Shown: positions 51,346-63,608, counted from the whole stretch's first letter. The stretch is DNA of 63,998 bases, filler included, from Octopus bimaculoides (GCF_001194135.2; 6 parts of 6 records of this genome joined end to end with filler, not necessarily neighbours in it), one strand, 5' to 3'. Numbers and translations: made by a program. Notes: generated from the sequence alone by a model not told the origin.

Positions 51346-51789
51346 TATGATAATGATGGACATCCATAATGTTCACGATAGTGTACTACTCCTATACCAG
51401 AAACGATGCTGCTTCACACGTACGGACGTCTTAGATCGCAATCAGGTACAAATCAATTGATTTATTGCTCAAGTTCACTCAAGCTTCTGGCCCAAAAATG
51501 CAGCTCATTGCTTGCAGCCTAAGCGCGGATCTGTGAACGTTCAGCCATAACATTCTGAGCTCTTGAAGTGGTTGTGGGCTACAAAAACGCTCTTACTCAG
51601 AGGTATGTGTTTCTTTTAGAAGAAACAAAAGAGTATGTACTCCAGTCTGGCCAGTTGTTTTAGAAGACAAAGCAAGACAGTCAGGAGATGCACGGCATAA
51701 GTGATACAATATCGCTTGCTTTTACATATTTTTGAAAGTACATGTAGCGGACCTTTCTTTTCTCTTACTGAATATAATATATGATAAGA

Positions 51790-51915
51790 TTCACGGGTGT
51801 TCCAGAAGTAATTAGAGATATAATATGTCGGCGAAATCCTTTCAAAAACAAAAGAAGCGAGATTATTTCCAACTGCCGACACTTGCCGAAAGTATTTCTC
51901 GGGAATTTCAATGAA
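51790..51915 (+). mobile_element. Penelope-like endonuclease C-terminal fragment
   Basis: 'NPFKNKRSEIISNCRHLPKVFLGN' matches the LNKRSELISxCRH motif. Confidence 0.55.
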
Positions 51916-52171
51916 ATCTTTCCTGGGGCATAACAAACGACAGCTGACTTCAATGACCACGTCACCTTTTAAAACAGCTCTTTACATCTAATCATTTCAG
52001 ACGTAATCTACACGGTTGATAATTTGTTCTCAATTCAATTATGAACGCAGTCAACTCTAAATTCAAATAGAACAAAAGAATCGTTGAGAAATGTAAGGAG
52101 TGTTTCGCTTACATGTAATAAACATATTCAGATTCTACTCTTCTGACAAAAGGATTATTCACTACTTATAA

Positions 52172-52455
52172 TTATTTGTTAAAATGGATAAACACTGAGT
52201 CTGTGCTTATTCCCACTTCGTGAACAATTTCCTTGATTGCTACATGATGGTCTCCCATGACTATTCGCCGAACTTTCTCAAGGGTCTCCTCGTTTCGGCT
52301 TGTGAATGGCCTGCCTGACCGTGTCTTGCTCCCCACTGAGATGCAGCCATGTTTGAAGCAGTTGTACCACTCCTTGATCTGAGTTCTGTCCATGGCATCT
52401 TTGGCAAAGACCTGCTGAATCTTCTGGATAGCTTGAACTTGAGTATCAGCAAGTT
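52172..52455 (-). mobile_element. Mariner transposase N-terminal (HTH) relic, interrupted by (TA)n
   Basis: 'KLADTQVQAIQKIQQVFAKDAMDRTQIKEWYNCFKHGCISVGSKTRSGRPFTSRNEETLEKVRRIVMGDHHVAIKEIVHEVGIS' shows the W..RF..G...RSGRP mariner HTH signature. Confidence 0.85.
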
Positions 52456-52467
52456 TTATATGTATAC

Positions 52468-52547
<80 letters not shown>

Positions 52548-53066
52548 GCGCGCGCGCACACACAGAGACACACATACACACGTTAATAATGAGCTGGATA
52601 AATGAGAATTCAGCATCGGAAACAAGGACAGAAAATTCTTTTTAACAAAATTTTGATTAATTTCTCTGGAACCAAAGGTTCTCTGCTGACAGAGAGCATC
52701 ATTTTTTTTCAACGAGAATTCAAAATGCTGTGACACTTTGCCATTAACACTTACATGTGTGTATATGTGTGTTTGTGTATGTGTGTGTGTATGTGTGTGT
52801 ATGTGTGTGTATGTGTGCGCGTGCTACTGTTGTTGTTGTTTAGCGTCATATCAACTTTGATTGAGTAGACATATCGACAAAGATATATTAAACGTACACA
52901 TATAGAAAGTTTATAGGTTTCTAGTATTACCTTAGCTAATACATCTCTTTTACGACGGAAAGTGTAATTTGGAAGAGTTATGGCTTCTATCTGCAACAGA
53001 TCTAGCAATCATGTATGGCTTATGTTAATGACTCGCATACACACATGGGTATATATATGTGTGCGC

Positions 53067-53098
<32 letters not shown>

Positions 53099-53589
53099 AT
53101 GTAAATGAGAGTATATATATATATAGTATATATATATATATATGTGTGTATTATATAGCTATGCATATATATATATATATGGTGTATATATATATATATA
53201 TACATATATNNNNNNNNNNNNNNNNNNNNNNNNNNNNNNNNNNNNNNNNNNNNNNNNNNNNNNNNNNNNNNNNNNNNNNNNNNNNNNNNNNNNNNNNNNN
53301 NNNNNNNNNNNNNNNNNNNNNNNNNNNNNNNNNNNNNNNNNNNNNNNNNNNNNNNNNNNNNNNNNNNNNNNNNNNNNNNNNNNNNNNNNNNNNNNNNNNN
53401 NNNNNNNNNNNNNNNNNNNNNNNNNNNNNNNNNNNNNNNNNNNNNNNNNNNNNNNACATACATATGTATGTATGTTTGTATGTATGTATGTATGTATGTA
53501 AAATAATTGAGATTCAGATGAATTAGGTACTTAAGTTGAAGCACCAAAAATTAGTGCGGTATTATCCGTACAATTTCAAAATAAGGTGA

Positions 53590-53681
53590 ATAAAATCAAG
53601 ACAAGCAACAGGATATGCAAGCGGCTTGAAACGGTCGTACCGCATCACCTCTGGATATCCTGTTGCTTATTTTGATTTTAT
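53590..53681. repeat. 27-bp inverted repeat (2 mismatches) with 38-nt loop
   Basis: 53590-53616 versus 53655-53681. Confidence 0.85.
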
Positions 53682-53756
53682 GTATGTATAGTAGCTAGTC
53701 TACCACTGTACTTATCAGTCTTATTAGTTATCAGTGTTACTAGTTACAGAACAAAT

Positions 53757-54076
53757 GTAGTGGAAAATTAAGAAGAACACACGTATAAATTAAAAGTTCC
53801 TGTATACGCTTCATCATTACAGTCATTTGGAACGCGGCATTTCATGTTCCAAATGCATTTGGATGTCTGATCGGAATGGATCATCAAGGGACCATTTCAT
53901 TGCATTTTGTAACAAAGATATGATATTGGATCTTTGAAACAGAATGCAATAAAATGGTCCCTTGTGGTTCTGCTGCATCTAGGCATCAAAATGCATTGAG
54001 TTCCAAATGAACGTAATGATGACACGTACATAGGAACTATTAATCTATACTTGTGTTTTCCGTAATTTTCCACTAT
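53757..54076. repeat. About 320-bp imperfect palindrome (fold-back or MITE-like)
   Basis: Arms are reverse complements from GTAGTGGAAAATTA / TAATTTTCCACTAT inward to AAAGAT-atgatattgg-ATCTTT. Confidence 0.85.
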
Positions 54077-54774
54077 AAATATCGTATAATAATCCGTCGC
54101 CAGAAGACCAGGAAAGAGAAACAGTGAGGAGAGACTCATATAGACTCAGATATGAATACACATTGAGTCTTTGTGTATGTGCATGTATATGTGTATGTGT
54201 GTGTGTGTGAGTGTGTTTGTATGTTAGTGCTTGTGTGTTTGTGCCTGTGTGTGTGTATGTGCGTGTGTGTGTGTGAGAGAGAGAGAGTAGTTAACAGTAG
54301 GTGTATGCGTGCGTGTGTATATGCGCATGAGTGTTTATAGAAGCTGCAAAAACCGGTGGAAAAGGACAGCCGTTATGCGTCAATTGGTTAACATCTACAA
54401 TGAGTTCGCGATATTTGTCTAACGGACTAGCTTCTTACTGTAGTGTTTTATTGATTATACAAATATTAGTTAGAACCACTAACGTCTTCCCTTCTCACAC
54501 ATCTCCCATGTCATTTTATTTCATATCATTATTGTTGTTTTCGCTGTTGTTGCCTATTTTTCCTTTTTTCTTTTTCTCTTCATTTTTCATTTCTATTTCG
54601 AAGCCTAACCATCTGTTTTTTCTTGCTCAAATATTTTTCTCTTCTTTATTAATTCTCTTCTTTTCTTTGTTTTCTTATTCCTTTTCTTCATTTTCGTATT
54701 TTTTCTTTCCTCACTTTTTTCGTCCTCTTCACATTTTTCTTTTTCTTCTTCTACTTGTTGTTGTTGTTGTTAAA

Positions 54775-55000
54775 AGGCAGCGAGCTGGCAGAACCGTTAG
54801 CGAAAAGGACAAAATGCTTAGCAGCATTTCGCCCGTCTTTACGTTCTCGGTTCAAATTCCTCTGAGGTCGACTTTGCCTTTCATCCCACCGGGGTCGATA
54901 AAAAAAATGTACCAGTTTAGTACGGGGAGCAAATATAACCGAATCACCCTCTTCCCCCAAAATTCAGGCTCTGCGCCTATAAAAGAAACCCATTATTATT
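54775..55000 (+). mobile_element. SINE family D copy
   Basis: GGCAGCGAGCTGGCAGAACCGTTAGCG...GAGGTCGACTTTGCCTTTCATCC...AAGAAACCC followed by (ATT)n. Confidence 0.9.
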
Positions 55001-55072
55001 GTTATCATCCCTTTGCATTTTTATTATTTCCCTTAATTACCCTTATCTTCTGTTTTTATCGTTTCCTCTATT

Positions 55073-55272
55073 GTGGCAGAACCGTTTGCACGACGAAATG
55101 CTTGGCGGTATTTCGCCCGTCTCTACGTTCTGAATTCAAATTCCACCGAGGTCGACTTTGCATTTCATCCTTTCGGGGACGGTGAATTAAGTACCAGTAA
55201 AACACTGGGGGTCGACGTCATCGACTAGTCCCCTCCTCCAAATTTCAAGCCTTGTGCCTTCAGTAGAAAGGG
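55073..55272 (+). mobile_element. SINE family D copy
   Basis: TGGCAGAACCGTTTGCACG...TTCTGAATTCAAATTCCACCGAGGTCGACTTTGC...GTAGAAAGG. Confidence 0.9.
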
Positions 55273-55654
55273 TCTTAATTATTATTTCTTTTCTTTCTCC
55301 GTCCTGTTTTTATTTTTATTTTCATATCCCTTTCTTCTTCTCCCACTCTTCATCCGCTAATATTCAAGTTTTACTATCATCCATTCAGTATCTAAATCCA
55401 AGGTGTTCACGGCATAATATATCACATTCCCATATATAGAATATCAACTTGTGAGAGAGGGTTTATGTATTAATCATCAGATCTTCCTTCAGTTAATCTG
55501 CATCTCGAAACACAAGAGTTTTATCACACTCAGAAAGTGATAGTTGACGTTGTTGGCAACACCGTTAAAATGTTAAAATAGATTTGCACTCATTTGATTT
55601 CATAATGGATATTTAACATATAAATATATATATAAATCTATATATATTTTATTT

Positions 55655-55936
55655 ATGCGCCCTTTAAAAGCCTAGCCCGGTTTCCTGGTTTCTATGGTGT
55701 ATGTGTCCACCCCACCCCCACCCCCAGCTGGACGGGACGCCAGTCCATCGCAGCATTACTCAAGAAACAGGAAGAAAGTGTGAGAGAAAGTTGGGGTAAA
55801 AGAGTACAACAGGGGAGCCACGTGGAGCTTTAGGTGTTTTCGCTCAATAAACACACACAACGCCCGGTCTGGGAATCGAAACCGCGATCCTCCGACCGCG
55901 AGTCCGGTGCCCTAACCACTGGGCCATTGCGCCTCC
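55655..55936 (-). mobile_element. Full-length tRNA-derived SINE family C with V-SINE-like 3' motif
   Basis: Minus strand GAGGCGCAATGGCCCAGTGGTTAGGG A box, GTTTCGATTCCC B box, TGCGATGGACTGGCGTCCCGTCCAG, ending TTTAAAGGGCGCAT. Confidence 0.9.
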
Positions 55937-56059
55937 ATACTTATAGTGCGTGTGTTTTATTGGCTAAACTGGCGACATGACCGTCCCCAGATACAACAAT
56001 ATCTGTTTCAACACACAAATTCACATTAAGAATCTTGCAAAACGAATATATAAACGTAT

Positions 56060-56340
56060 AAGGTCGTGAGTTTAATTCCCGGCGATGCGTTGTGTCCTTG
56101 AGCAAGACACTTTATCTCTCGTTACTCCAGTCCACTCAGCTGGCAAAAATGAGTAGTACCTGTATTTCAAAGGGCCGGCCTTGTCACACTCTGTCTCACG
56201 CTGAATCTGCCAGAGAACTACGTTAAGGGTACACGTGTCTGTGGAGTGCTCAATCACTTGCACGTTAATTTCACGAGCAAGCTGTTCCGTTGATCGTATC
56301 AGCTGGGACCCTCGTCGTCGTAACCAACGGAGTGCTCTTT
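56060..56340 (+). mobile_element. SINE family A, 5' truncated
   Basis: Collinear with 13960-14230 (GTGTCCTTGAGCAAGACACTTT...CACTTGCACGTTAATTTCACGAGCA...GGAGTGCT). Confidence 0.9.
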
Positions 56341-56502
56341 TATATATATACACACACCTATTATCTATTTATTTATTTATATGTGTGGGTGTATGCATAT
56401 ATNNNNNNNNNNNNNNNNNNNNNNNNNNNNNNNNNNNNNNNNNNNNTTAATTAATTAANNNNNNNNNNNNNNNNNNNNNNNNNNNNNNNNNNNNNNNNNN
56501 NN

Positions 56503-56545
<43 letters not shown>

Positions 56546-56557
56546 TACAGATATTGG

Positions 56558-57703
56558 TGCTAGTATAGTATGCCGTCTACCTTGTCTTTCAGATATTTTC
56601 AGATATTTCCGAGATAAAACACTTCGTGCATTATAAAGGAATTACACAAATAAAAAAAAAAAAATCTTATTTTATATGATAAAGAATTTACACAGGTAAA
56701 TCAATACAATCCAGTTTAACGACAAACACTTCTTAGGTCATTAAGGAACGATACAAATAGTCTTGCTTCATCATCTTCCACCAGAAATGATCAAGATGTG
56801 ACTGGAAAAGCCCTGTATCAAAAACTCTCATTTTTTCAGCATCATAGTTTTAGCATCTAACCATGATTGCTCAATGGCCTGAGTGTGTAATCCGGTCACT
56901 GGATCCACATAATGTCGATGACGGTTCACTGTCAGATGGTGATAACTTATGGCACTTAAATTATTATAAGCGGGCCACTCAACATTTTCGCATTGTCTCT
57001 CAATAATTAGGATTAGACTGCTCCCGTCACGCTGTCCCACACAAAAGTATCTACAGTCTGAACCTTGTTTGAATCCCAAAACCCATGGCTCATCAATTCT
57101 ACCTCTATGGTTCCTGTTGTTTCATTATTCTGCATCACTGTCTTCGAAGAGAGGAGTTTTTTTGTCATTCAGCATTCTTCCACGATTGTATTTACCTTGA
57201 TCAGCAAACCTTCGTCGATCTCAATGGGGTTATCATTTGTTCCAATCGTCTTCTCCCATCGTTCATTATGAACGGTGGATCCACATACCTCACGGCAAAT
57301 ATTGTACCAGTCAGTTATTTTAGATTTTCCTGTTAGAGTCATTGCTGTAGTCATGGATATAACAATGACAATGAAAAATATTAGTTCTAAAATCTCACTC
57401 AGGCTCAGTTTGTAGCTTAATTTGTTGTCTATATCCGTATAATGGAAAAACTGGTGTCTTTTACGAACTGAACGTCAAGTTTGACACCCCTTTGTTTTTC
57501 CTGCATCACTGCAGACTGTAATCTTTTAAAATTGCGATTGCTGTTTCCTCTGTCAAGATGACACCTGTATAAAAATCATTCAGCAACATTTCAATGTAAG
57601 GTAAACCGCAAGTGGAAAGGTGCGTTGAAAACGAGTAGTTTTTAAGTTACATAACCCTGGGTATACTGTTTGACAACGTAGTAGACCGCATACTATACTA
57701 GCA
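56558..57703 (-). mobile_element. Merlin (IS1595/ISXO2-like) DNA transposon relic
   Basis: 23-bp TIRs (56558-56580 and 57681-57703, 1 mismatch); translated pieces 'ITDWYNICREVC..IGTNDNPIEIDE' and 'EWPAYNNLSAISYHHLTVN..HYVDPVTGLHTQAIEQSW' are typical of ISXO2-like DDE transposases; frameshifted. Confidence 0.85.
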
Positions 57704-57707
57704 AGCA

Positions 57708-57757
<50 letters not shown>

Positions 57758-58081
57758 CAAATAAACACACACACACATATATATATATATGTATATATAT
57801 ATATATGTATGTATACACATACATATATGTATACATACACACACACACACATACAAATACAGGTTTGACAGGGTCACCGAAGTGCTGGTTTATAGCCGTC
57901 TGATGATCGCAGTAAGCCGCACGCACCATCGAAGCGGCTGCTAAAGTTTTGCTCGTACAGTACGCAAATATTCTACCCTGCTGATATCAAATGTTATATC
58001 AATTCAGGTTCAATTTCTTTTTTTGTATAATTATACATAAAACATGTATGAAAATATATCCTTGTGTGCGTGTATGTGTAG

Positions 58082-58131
<50 letters not shown>

Positions 58132-58859
58132 ATGTAAATGTATATATGTGTATACAACATATTTTGACCTCCCCCCCTCCTATTTCTATGAAGAGAAATG
58201 GTTTTGCATTTATAAACGCCAAAATTGACGATTTGAATAAACTGACGGCTATCCGTAAATATATTCATTGCGATGAATTGGTTCGGAGGTGGCCAAATTT
58301 TCTTCTCAATATTTGCCTCGAGATGATAGTAAATGTAAACGGTATTTCGTAAACAATCAGTCTCAATCTTATTTTCCTAACTAAATATCATTTTCCTGCT
58401 TTGAGCGGATACGAACTGATTAGAAGCAGTATATCTTAATAACTTTATACTCTCATTTTGATAATAAAAGCAAAAGTAAACAAAAACGATCCCAAAATAT
58501 CCGTAAAACAAAGTATATCGTAGGTAATAAGCATGATAAAGAATTCATATTATATTTATATATGTGAATTTTTCATATCTTTTCATACTCCTTGATATCC
58601 TATGAATACGTCTAATCTGGCTTCACGTTGCGAGGAGATAATTACTAATATTTGTATCAATGGCCACTTAGGGGCCGCTACGCCTGACACCACGTGTAAT
58701 CACAGATATATGAAAATATTTGAATTAGTGAATGCAATGTAAAAAAATATTCAGCATTTCTTCCAACGAATGTGTCATCTGTTTTTGGTGAACAACTTTC
58801 ACAAATAATTCGTTAATAGGGATCAGAAGTATGTGTTGTCTATTAGCTCAGTCCCTCCA

Positions 58860-59030
58860 CCGAAACGATGCTGCCTGAAAGGGTGGAAAGTGTACTTCAC
58901 ATCAGGACTAGACGCAATCGCAAAGCAGTGTGAGGTGAATTGTTTTGCTTAAGAACGCATCACACCACCTGGTCCTTGAATTGTAACCTCGATCTCGCGA
59001 TTGTAAGTCCAAAACCCTTGCTACATAGCT
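58860..59030 (-). mobile_element. Old CORE-type SINE
   Basis: Minus strand GGACTTACAATCGCGAGATCGAGGTTACAATTC...GTTCTTAAGCAAAACAATTCACCTCACACTGC. Confidence 0.55.
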
Positions 59031-59709
59031 ATTTAAAGGGTAACTTCATCACCGTGGAGTTCTGGGTTAAGTCTAATATACATTTGCTCTTCTTGAACAA
59101 ATGTATATTATTTTAGCCTCGAGCGGAACCAAGTCCTATGAGTAACGGAACCCCTTGCAAGAGCGTCGGTTAAACTGATCCTGCTCGGGCATTAGATAAA
59201 TTCCCCAAATGTCTGTGTAATTCTCAGCCATTTACGCTATTCTAAAAAAAGCAGAAATTTTCAGTCATCCGTCAAAAACATTAGTCGTTGTCGATACTGA
59301 CAGAGTTCCTTAATTTTATTTTATTTACTATGCGCATAAGTGTGATATTGTTTTATGTTGCATAAAACAGGTGGATTCTATTTATATTCCTCCATTCAAT
59401 GGGCTTTGTTTTTCTACCATTCTTCAAATCGGTCAATCTTTCATTCATTCCTCCTCCTTCTCTTCCCCCTTTGATCTACACCCTCGTCTTCCTACTTCTC
59501 GTTTTCCTCTTCTTCCTTCATCATAATCTTCATTTCCTTGTTTATTATAATCATCTTTCACCTCCTCCTAGACAGCATTACCTCAAGCATCATCATTATC
59601 ATCATCATCATCTTGTCATCGCCGTCGCCGTTGTCGTCAGCATCACCATCATCACCATCTTCTTCCTGCTTTTTGTTATTACCATTTTTATTATCATTAT
59701 TGTTGATGA

Positions 59710-60190
59710 AGTATTTTTGCATACCAATTGCAGCCGCTTTATATGTGGGTTCTAGTTTGATCAGCCCTCTTCCAACTTCATTCGTTGGCTTTATTCCTTT
59801 GGCTGTTGTATTTTAGTGTCCATTAGCAGTTTTCTGCTTTTTGTGTCCATTGTTTGTAGGTCAAATAGGTTCTAGCTGATGTACAACAGGTACAGCTAAA
59901 ATGTTAATAGCTCCTAAGAACTTCTCGAAGTTCAGTTCAGTATTCGGGAACAAATTTACTCTAGTATAGTACGCCTTCCCAATTCTATCCTTCATTTGTG
60001 CGTGCTGGGTACCATTACTCTCACTCATGCCAAGTTATTTATAAGTTGCTTTTAGCTCAAGTAGATTTATGGTTGTATCTAGATTAAACCGAATAGATGA
60101 TAATGTCATCCGCCTTCTCCATTTAAAATTTGCTTTTGCGCATTTATCGAAAACAAAATCTATGCCAGCATTATTACTGAACTGCTTTAT
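59710..60190 (-). mobile_element. R4/Dong-like non-LTR retrotransposon reverse-transcriptase relic
   Basis: Broken-frame 'FDKCAKANFK..YK.LG..HAQMKDRIGKAYYTRV..NTELN..AINILAVPVV..MDTKSRKLL..GRGLIKLEPTYKAAAIGMQKY'. Confidence 0.8.
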
Positions 60191-60563
60191 GTTGATATAA
60201 GTCCTTGTGATTATACATTATGTCCGTATGTGCAGAACATTTACAATATAATGTTGGGATTCTAAAACATCTAAGACGAAACACACCTGAAAATTTCAAT
60301 TTCCATATCAATTTAACGAAGTTTCATATCGAAAATATAATTATTGGTTATAGAAAAGACAGATGTAGAGAAAGAAGGATAGAGGGCTGGGGTGAGAGAG
60401 AGGATGGGGCGAGAGTGTGCGTAGCAAACAGAAAGAAAGAAAGAGAGAGAAGCAAGTGAGCGAAAAGAAAGAAGTTTAAAGAAAATGACATCATATATAT
60501 CGCTAAATCGATAGACATATGGACTGCTACACACGCACATAACAGCTTATAACAAATATATAA

Positions 60564-60616
<53 letters not shown>

Positions 60617-60716
60617 NNNNNNNNNNNNNNNNNNNNNNNNNNNNNNNNNNNNNNNNNNNNTTAATTAATTAANNNNNNNNNNNNNNNNNNNNNNNNNNNN
60701 NNNNNNNNNNNNNNNN

Positions 60717-60754
<38 letters not shown>

Positions 60755-60922
60755 TGCAAGTTGTATGTTTCTGCTTATCTTTCATGGACGAATACTGGCA
60801 AAAGAAAGGTCGTTCGTTCTGTATCAAAGCATTTCCTTATCACTGGTGCCGGCAGAACTTCTAATCAGGAAATGGATAGTGGGAAACTTATAGGTGTGGG
60901 TGCAATATAGTACAAATATATA

Positions 60923-61135
60923 AGGCAGCGAGCCGGCAAAACTGTTAGCAACGCCGGGCAAAATGCTTAGCTGCATTTCGTCCGTCTCTACGTTCCGAGT
61001 TCAAATTTCGCTTAGGTCGACGTTGCCTTTCATCTTTTCGATATCGCCAAAATAAGCACCAACTGAGTACTGGGGTGGATGTAATCCACTCACCCCACCC
61101 CTAAAATTGCTAGCCTTGTGCTAAAATTCGAACCA
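60923..61135 (+). mobile_element. SINE family D copy
   Basis: GGCAGCGAGCCGGCAAAACTGTTAGC...TTCCGAGTTCAAAT...GCCTTTCATC...GCTAGCCTTGTGC. Confidence 0.85.
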
Positions 61136-61879
61136 ATCAATTAACTAATCGATTCCAGTTCATAACTAATGATTATTTTGTTGACGTTGTATTTATCAAA
61201 GACTGAACCAATCTCTATAACCAGTGTGGTTTAAGGAAGTATATTCTGGCATGTTTCTACGACAAAGAACAGCTTCTGTTGTAACAACTCTTTTAGATTA
61301 TATGAAATATTCAAATTTATTCGCGCTAACCTTGGTCTTTTATTCTTCCAAACCACCCAATCTAAAAATCTAAACAGATTAAAGGTACAACCATTGACTG
61401 TCATTCACTGTCAAAAGAAGTAGCACTGTAGTATCTTTCACTCTCGATGAAGATGGCGATCAAAAAGAAATCTTTTTCTTTTTTTTAAGCAGTTTATATA
61501 TTCACTTCATGTATTTACGATCATCTTGACAGTTTCTCTGGTTTGATAATACGTTCAGACACTTAACTACTTGGCAAGCTTTGTCATTGGAGGCTCAAGG
61601 GAATTGTGATGACGTTGAAGTTGGTTTCGTAAAATTGATAATATAAAACCCCCATTAGTTTAAAATATTTATTATTGGAATCACCAGAGGAAAACCAAAA
61701 AGCAAATAAAACAACCAGACCTAATATTATAGAGGTAACAAAAAAAGCACTTTTTTAAAAAAGAATGCTTTTAACGTCTCTGTGTCATTCAGAATGACAA
61801 ATAAATATTTAAGCATGGAGAAATGTTCTGATTGTCAGTGATTCTACTGATTGCTGGGATTAATCAGAACTTCGGAAGT

Positions 61880-62070
61880 AAAGCTTGCAAAAAACCACCA
61901 CTCATGCTGGTATACTTCTCGGTCAACGGTGACCGGAGGAAGATCCACGTTAGATTTTTGTGGAAGACAGTTAGCAAGAAAAAGCGACGGTGTTGAAGAG
62001 AATCAACTCTCTGGTCTCATCCAGAGAGCTTGCAGCCAAGTGAATGTGGATAATTTCCAGTAACACCTAG
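61880..62070 (+). mobile_element. Possible RTE-type LINE 3' relic
   Basis: 'GGRSTLDF..QLARKSDGVEENQL' weakly resembles the GRP.LT.VD.L.RD motif. Confidence 0.3.
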
Positions 62071-62285
62071 CCTGATGGTACTATGGGAGAAGCATTGCAT
62101 TTTGAGACAAACAACCAGTGATGTTCGAGATGCACGTAGAGCACCCGGGACAAGTTATTCCTGCTGTCATGCTGATCCTGGATTTAAAGGATTCTTAGAA
62201 GTAGCATTCCTTTTTTGGAACATCTTTCTCTCTCTCTTACACTCACACAGACACATATATATTTATAAACACATGTATACACAAA

Positions 62286-62366
<81 letters not shown>

Positions 62367-62580
62367 GTATGTATATATATGTGTGTGTATGTATGTATAT
62401 ANNNNNNNNNNNNNNNNNNNNNNNNNNNNNNNNNNNNNNNNNNNNTTAATTAATTAANNNNNNNNNNNNNNNNNNNNNNNNNNNNNNNNNNNNNNNNNNN
62501 NTACAGAGTTAGCTCGTTTCTTGAATGCTATATGATCCGTCGTCGTCAAACTTCCCAAGCTAGTAGCTAGGGGACGTAAC

Positions 62581-63015
62581 TGACGTGGACTCTACAAATC
62601 TAAAGAGTCTTTCGATTGGTGCAGAATGCTTCTTAAACAAGTTAAAGCGCCAAGAAACTGGAATGCTTGGGTTTCTCTTCAATGTGAAAAACTTCGAGCA
62701 CGACCGAAAGTGTGAAACCGAAAGAACGGCAGATAAATATGCAGAGACCCGAATGAGGCTCGACCTATCAAGCATATCAAGGCCCCAGCAACGGCGATTG
62801 TTCAGGCAGTAGTCAACTGCGACGAAGATATGATGCCATGACTCCTCCTTATTTTCCCAGGTCATAAGTGTCAATGTTGTTGTCTATACAGAAACTTTGG
62901 AGAAATGTGAGGCCCTGGTTAGACCTTGTACGCAGTGGGAAATTCTACATCTTCCAATTAGACAATACGCGTCTAATAATGCAAGGACAATACAAACGTG
63001 AGTGCCTGCTCATCA
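62581..63015 (+). mobile_element. Tc1/mariner (maT/DD37D-like) transposase internal fragment, left arm of inverted repeat
   Basis: 'LLNKLK..FLFNVKNFEHD..CRDPNE..HIKAPATAIVQAVVN..AMTPPYFP..VRPWLDLVRSGKFYIFQLDN' corresponds to FFSDEKNF..TKFPATVMV.G..PP.FF..KPW..GRPYVFQQD. Confidence 0.8.
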
Positions 63016-63189
63016 CCCGTGATTCTTTATCAATTTTCGTCATACTGCTAGTTGTGATGGGCTTGAGCGATTGTAATGTGTTATGGGTGTGTTGATTGAC
63101 CTTTCTCTTTTCTACGCCCCTACATAATTGACTAGTAGATTGAGGTCTGTTAAGTTTGGTGTCCATGCATCTGGGTGAACCTGATTATG

Positions 63190-63608
63190 GGGATAGGCAC
63201 GCACTCACGTTTGTGTTGTCTTTGCTTTATTAGACGCGTAGAGTCTAATTGGAAGACGTACAATCTTCCACTGCGTACAAGGTCTAACCAGGGCCTCACA
63301 TTTCTCCAAAATTTCTGTGTAGACAACAACGTTGACACCTATGACATGGGAAAATAAGGAGCAGACATGGCATCATATTGTCGTTGTAGTTGACTACTCC
63401 CTGAAAAAATCGCCGTTGCTGGGGCCTTGATATGCTTGATAGGTCGAGCCTCATTCGGGTCTCTGCATATTTATCTGTCGTTCTTTCGATTTAACTCTTG
63501 GTCGTGCTCAAAGATTTTCACATCGAAGAGAAACCTAAACATCCTAGTTTAACTTGTTTAAGAAGCATTCTACACCAATCGAAAGATTCTTTCTTGTAAC
63601 ATCCGTCA
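63190..63608 (-). mobile_element. Second copy of the same transposase fragment, right arm of inverted repeat
   Basis: Reverse complement of 62581-63015 with scattered substitutions and a small deletion. Confidence 0.8.

Noticed and set aside
54331-55185. 284-aa plus-strand ORF
   Set aside because: Reads through T/C-rich low complexity and two SINE copies.
57890-57945. CTGATGA-containing sequence with AGCCG...CGGCT stem (possible hammerhead or box C/D motif)
   Set aside because: No properly placed GAAA or stem III, and no convincing C/D box pair.
59074-59110. 13-bp perfect inverted repeat
   Set aside because: Short and AT-rich; plausible by chance in this window.
600-62450. Most ORFs in the supplied track (YIYI, HTHT, CVCV, LSIY, poly-X, poly-N/L/Y/D)
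   Set aside because: Translations of microsatellites and N gaps; no coding signal.
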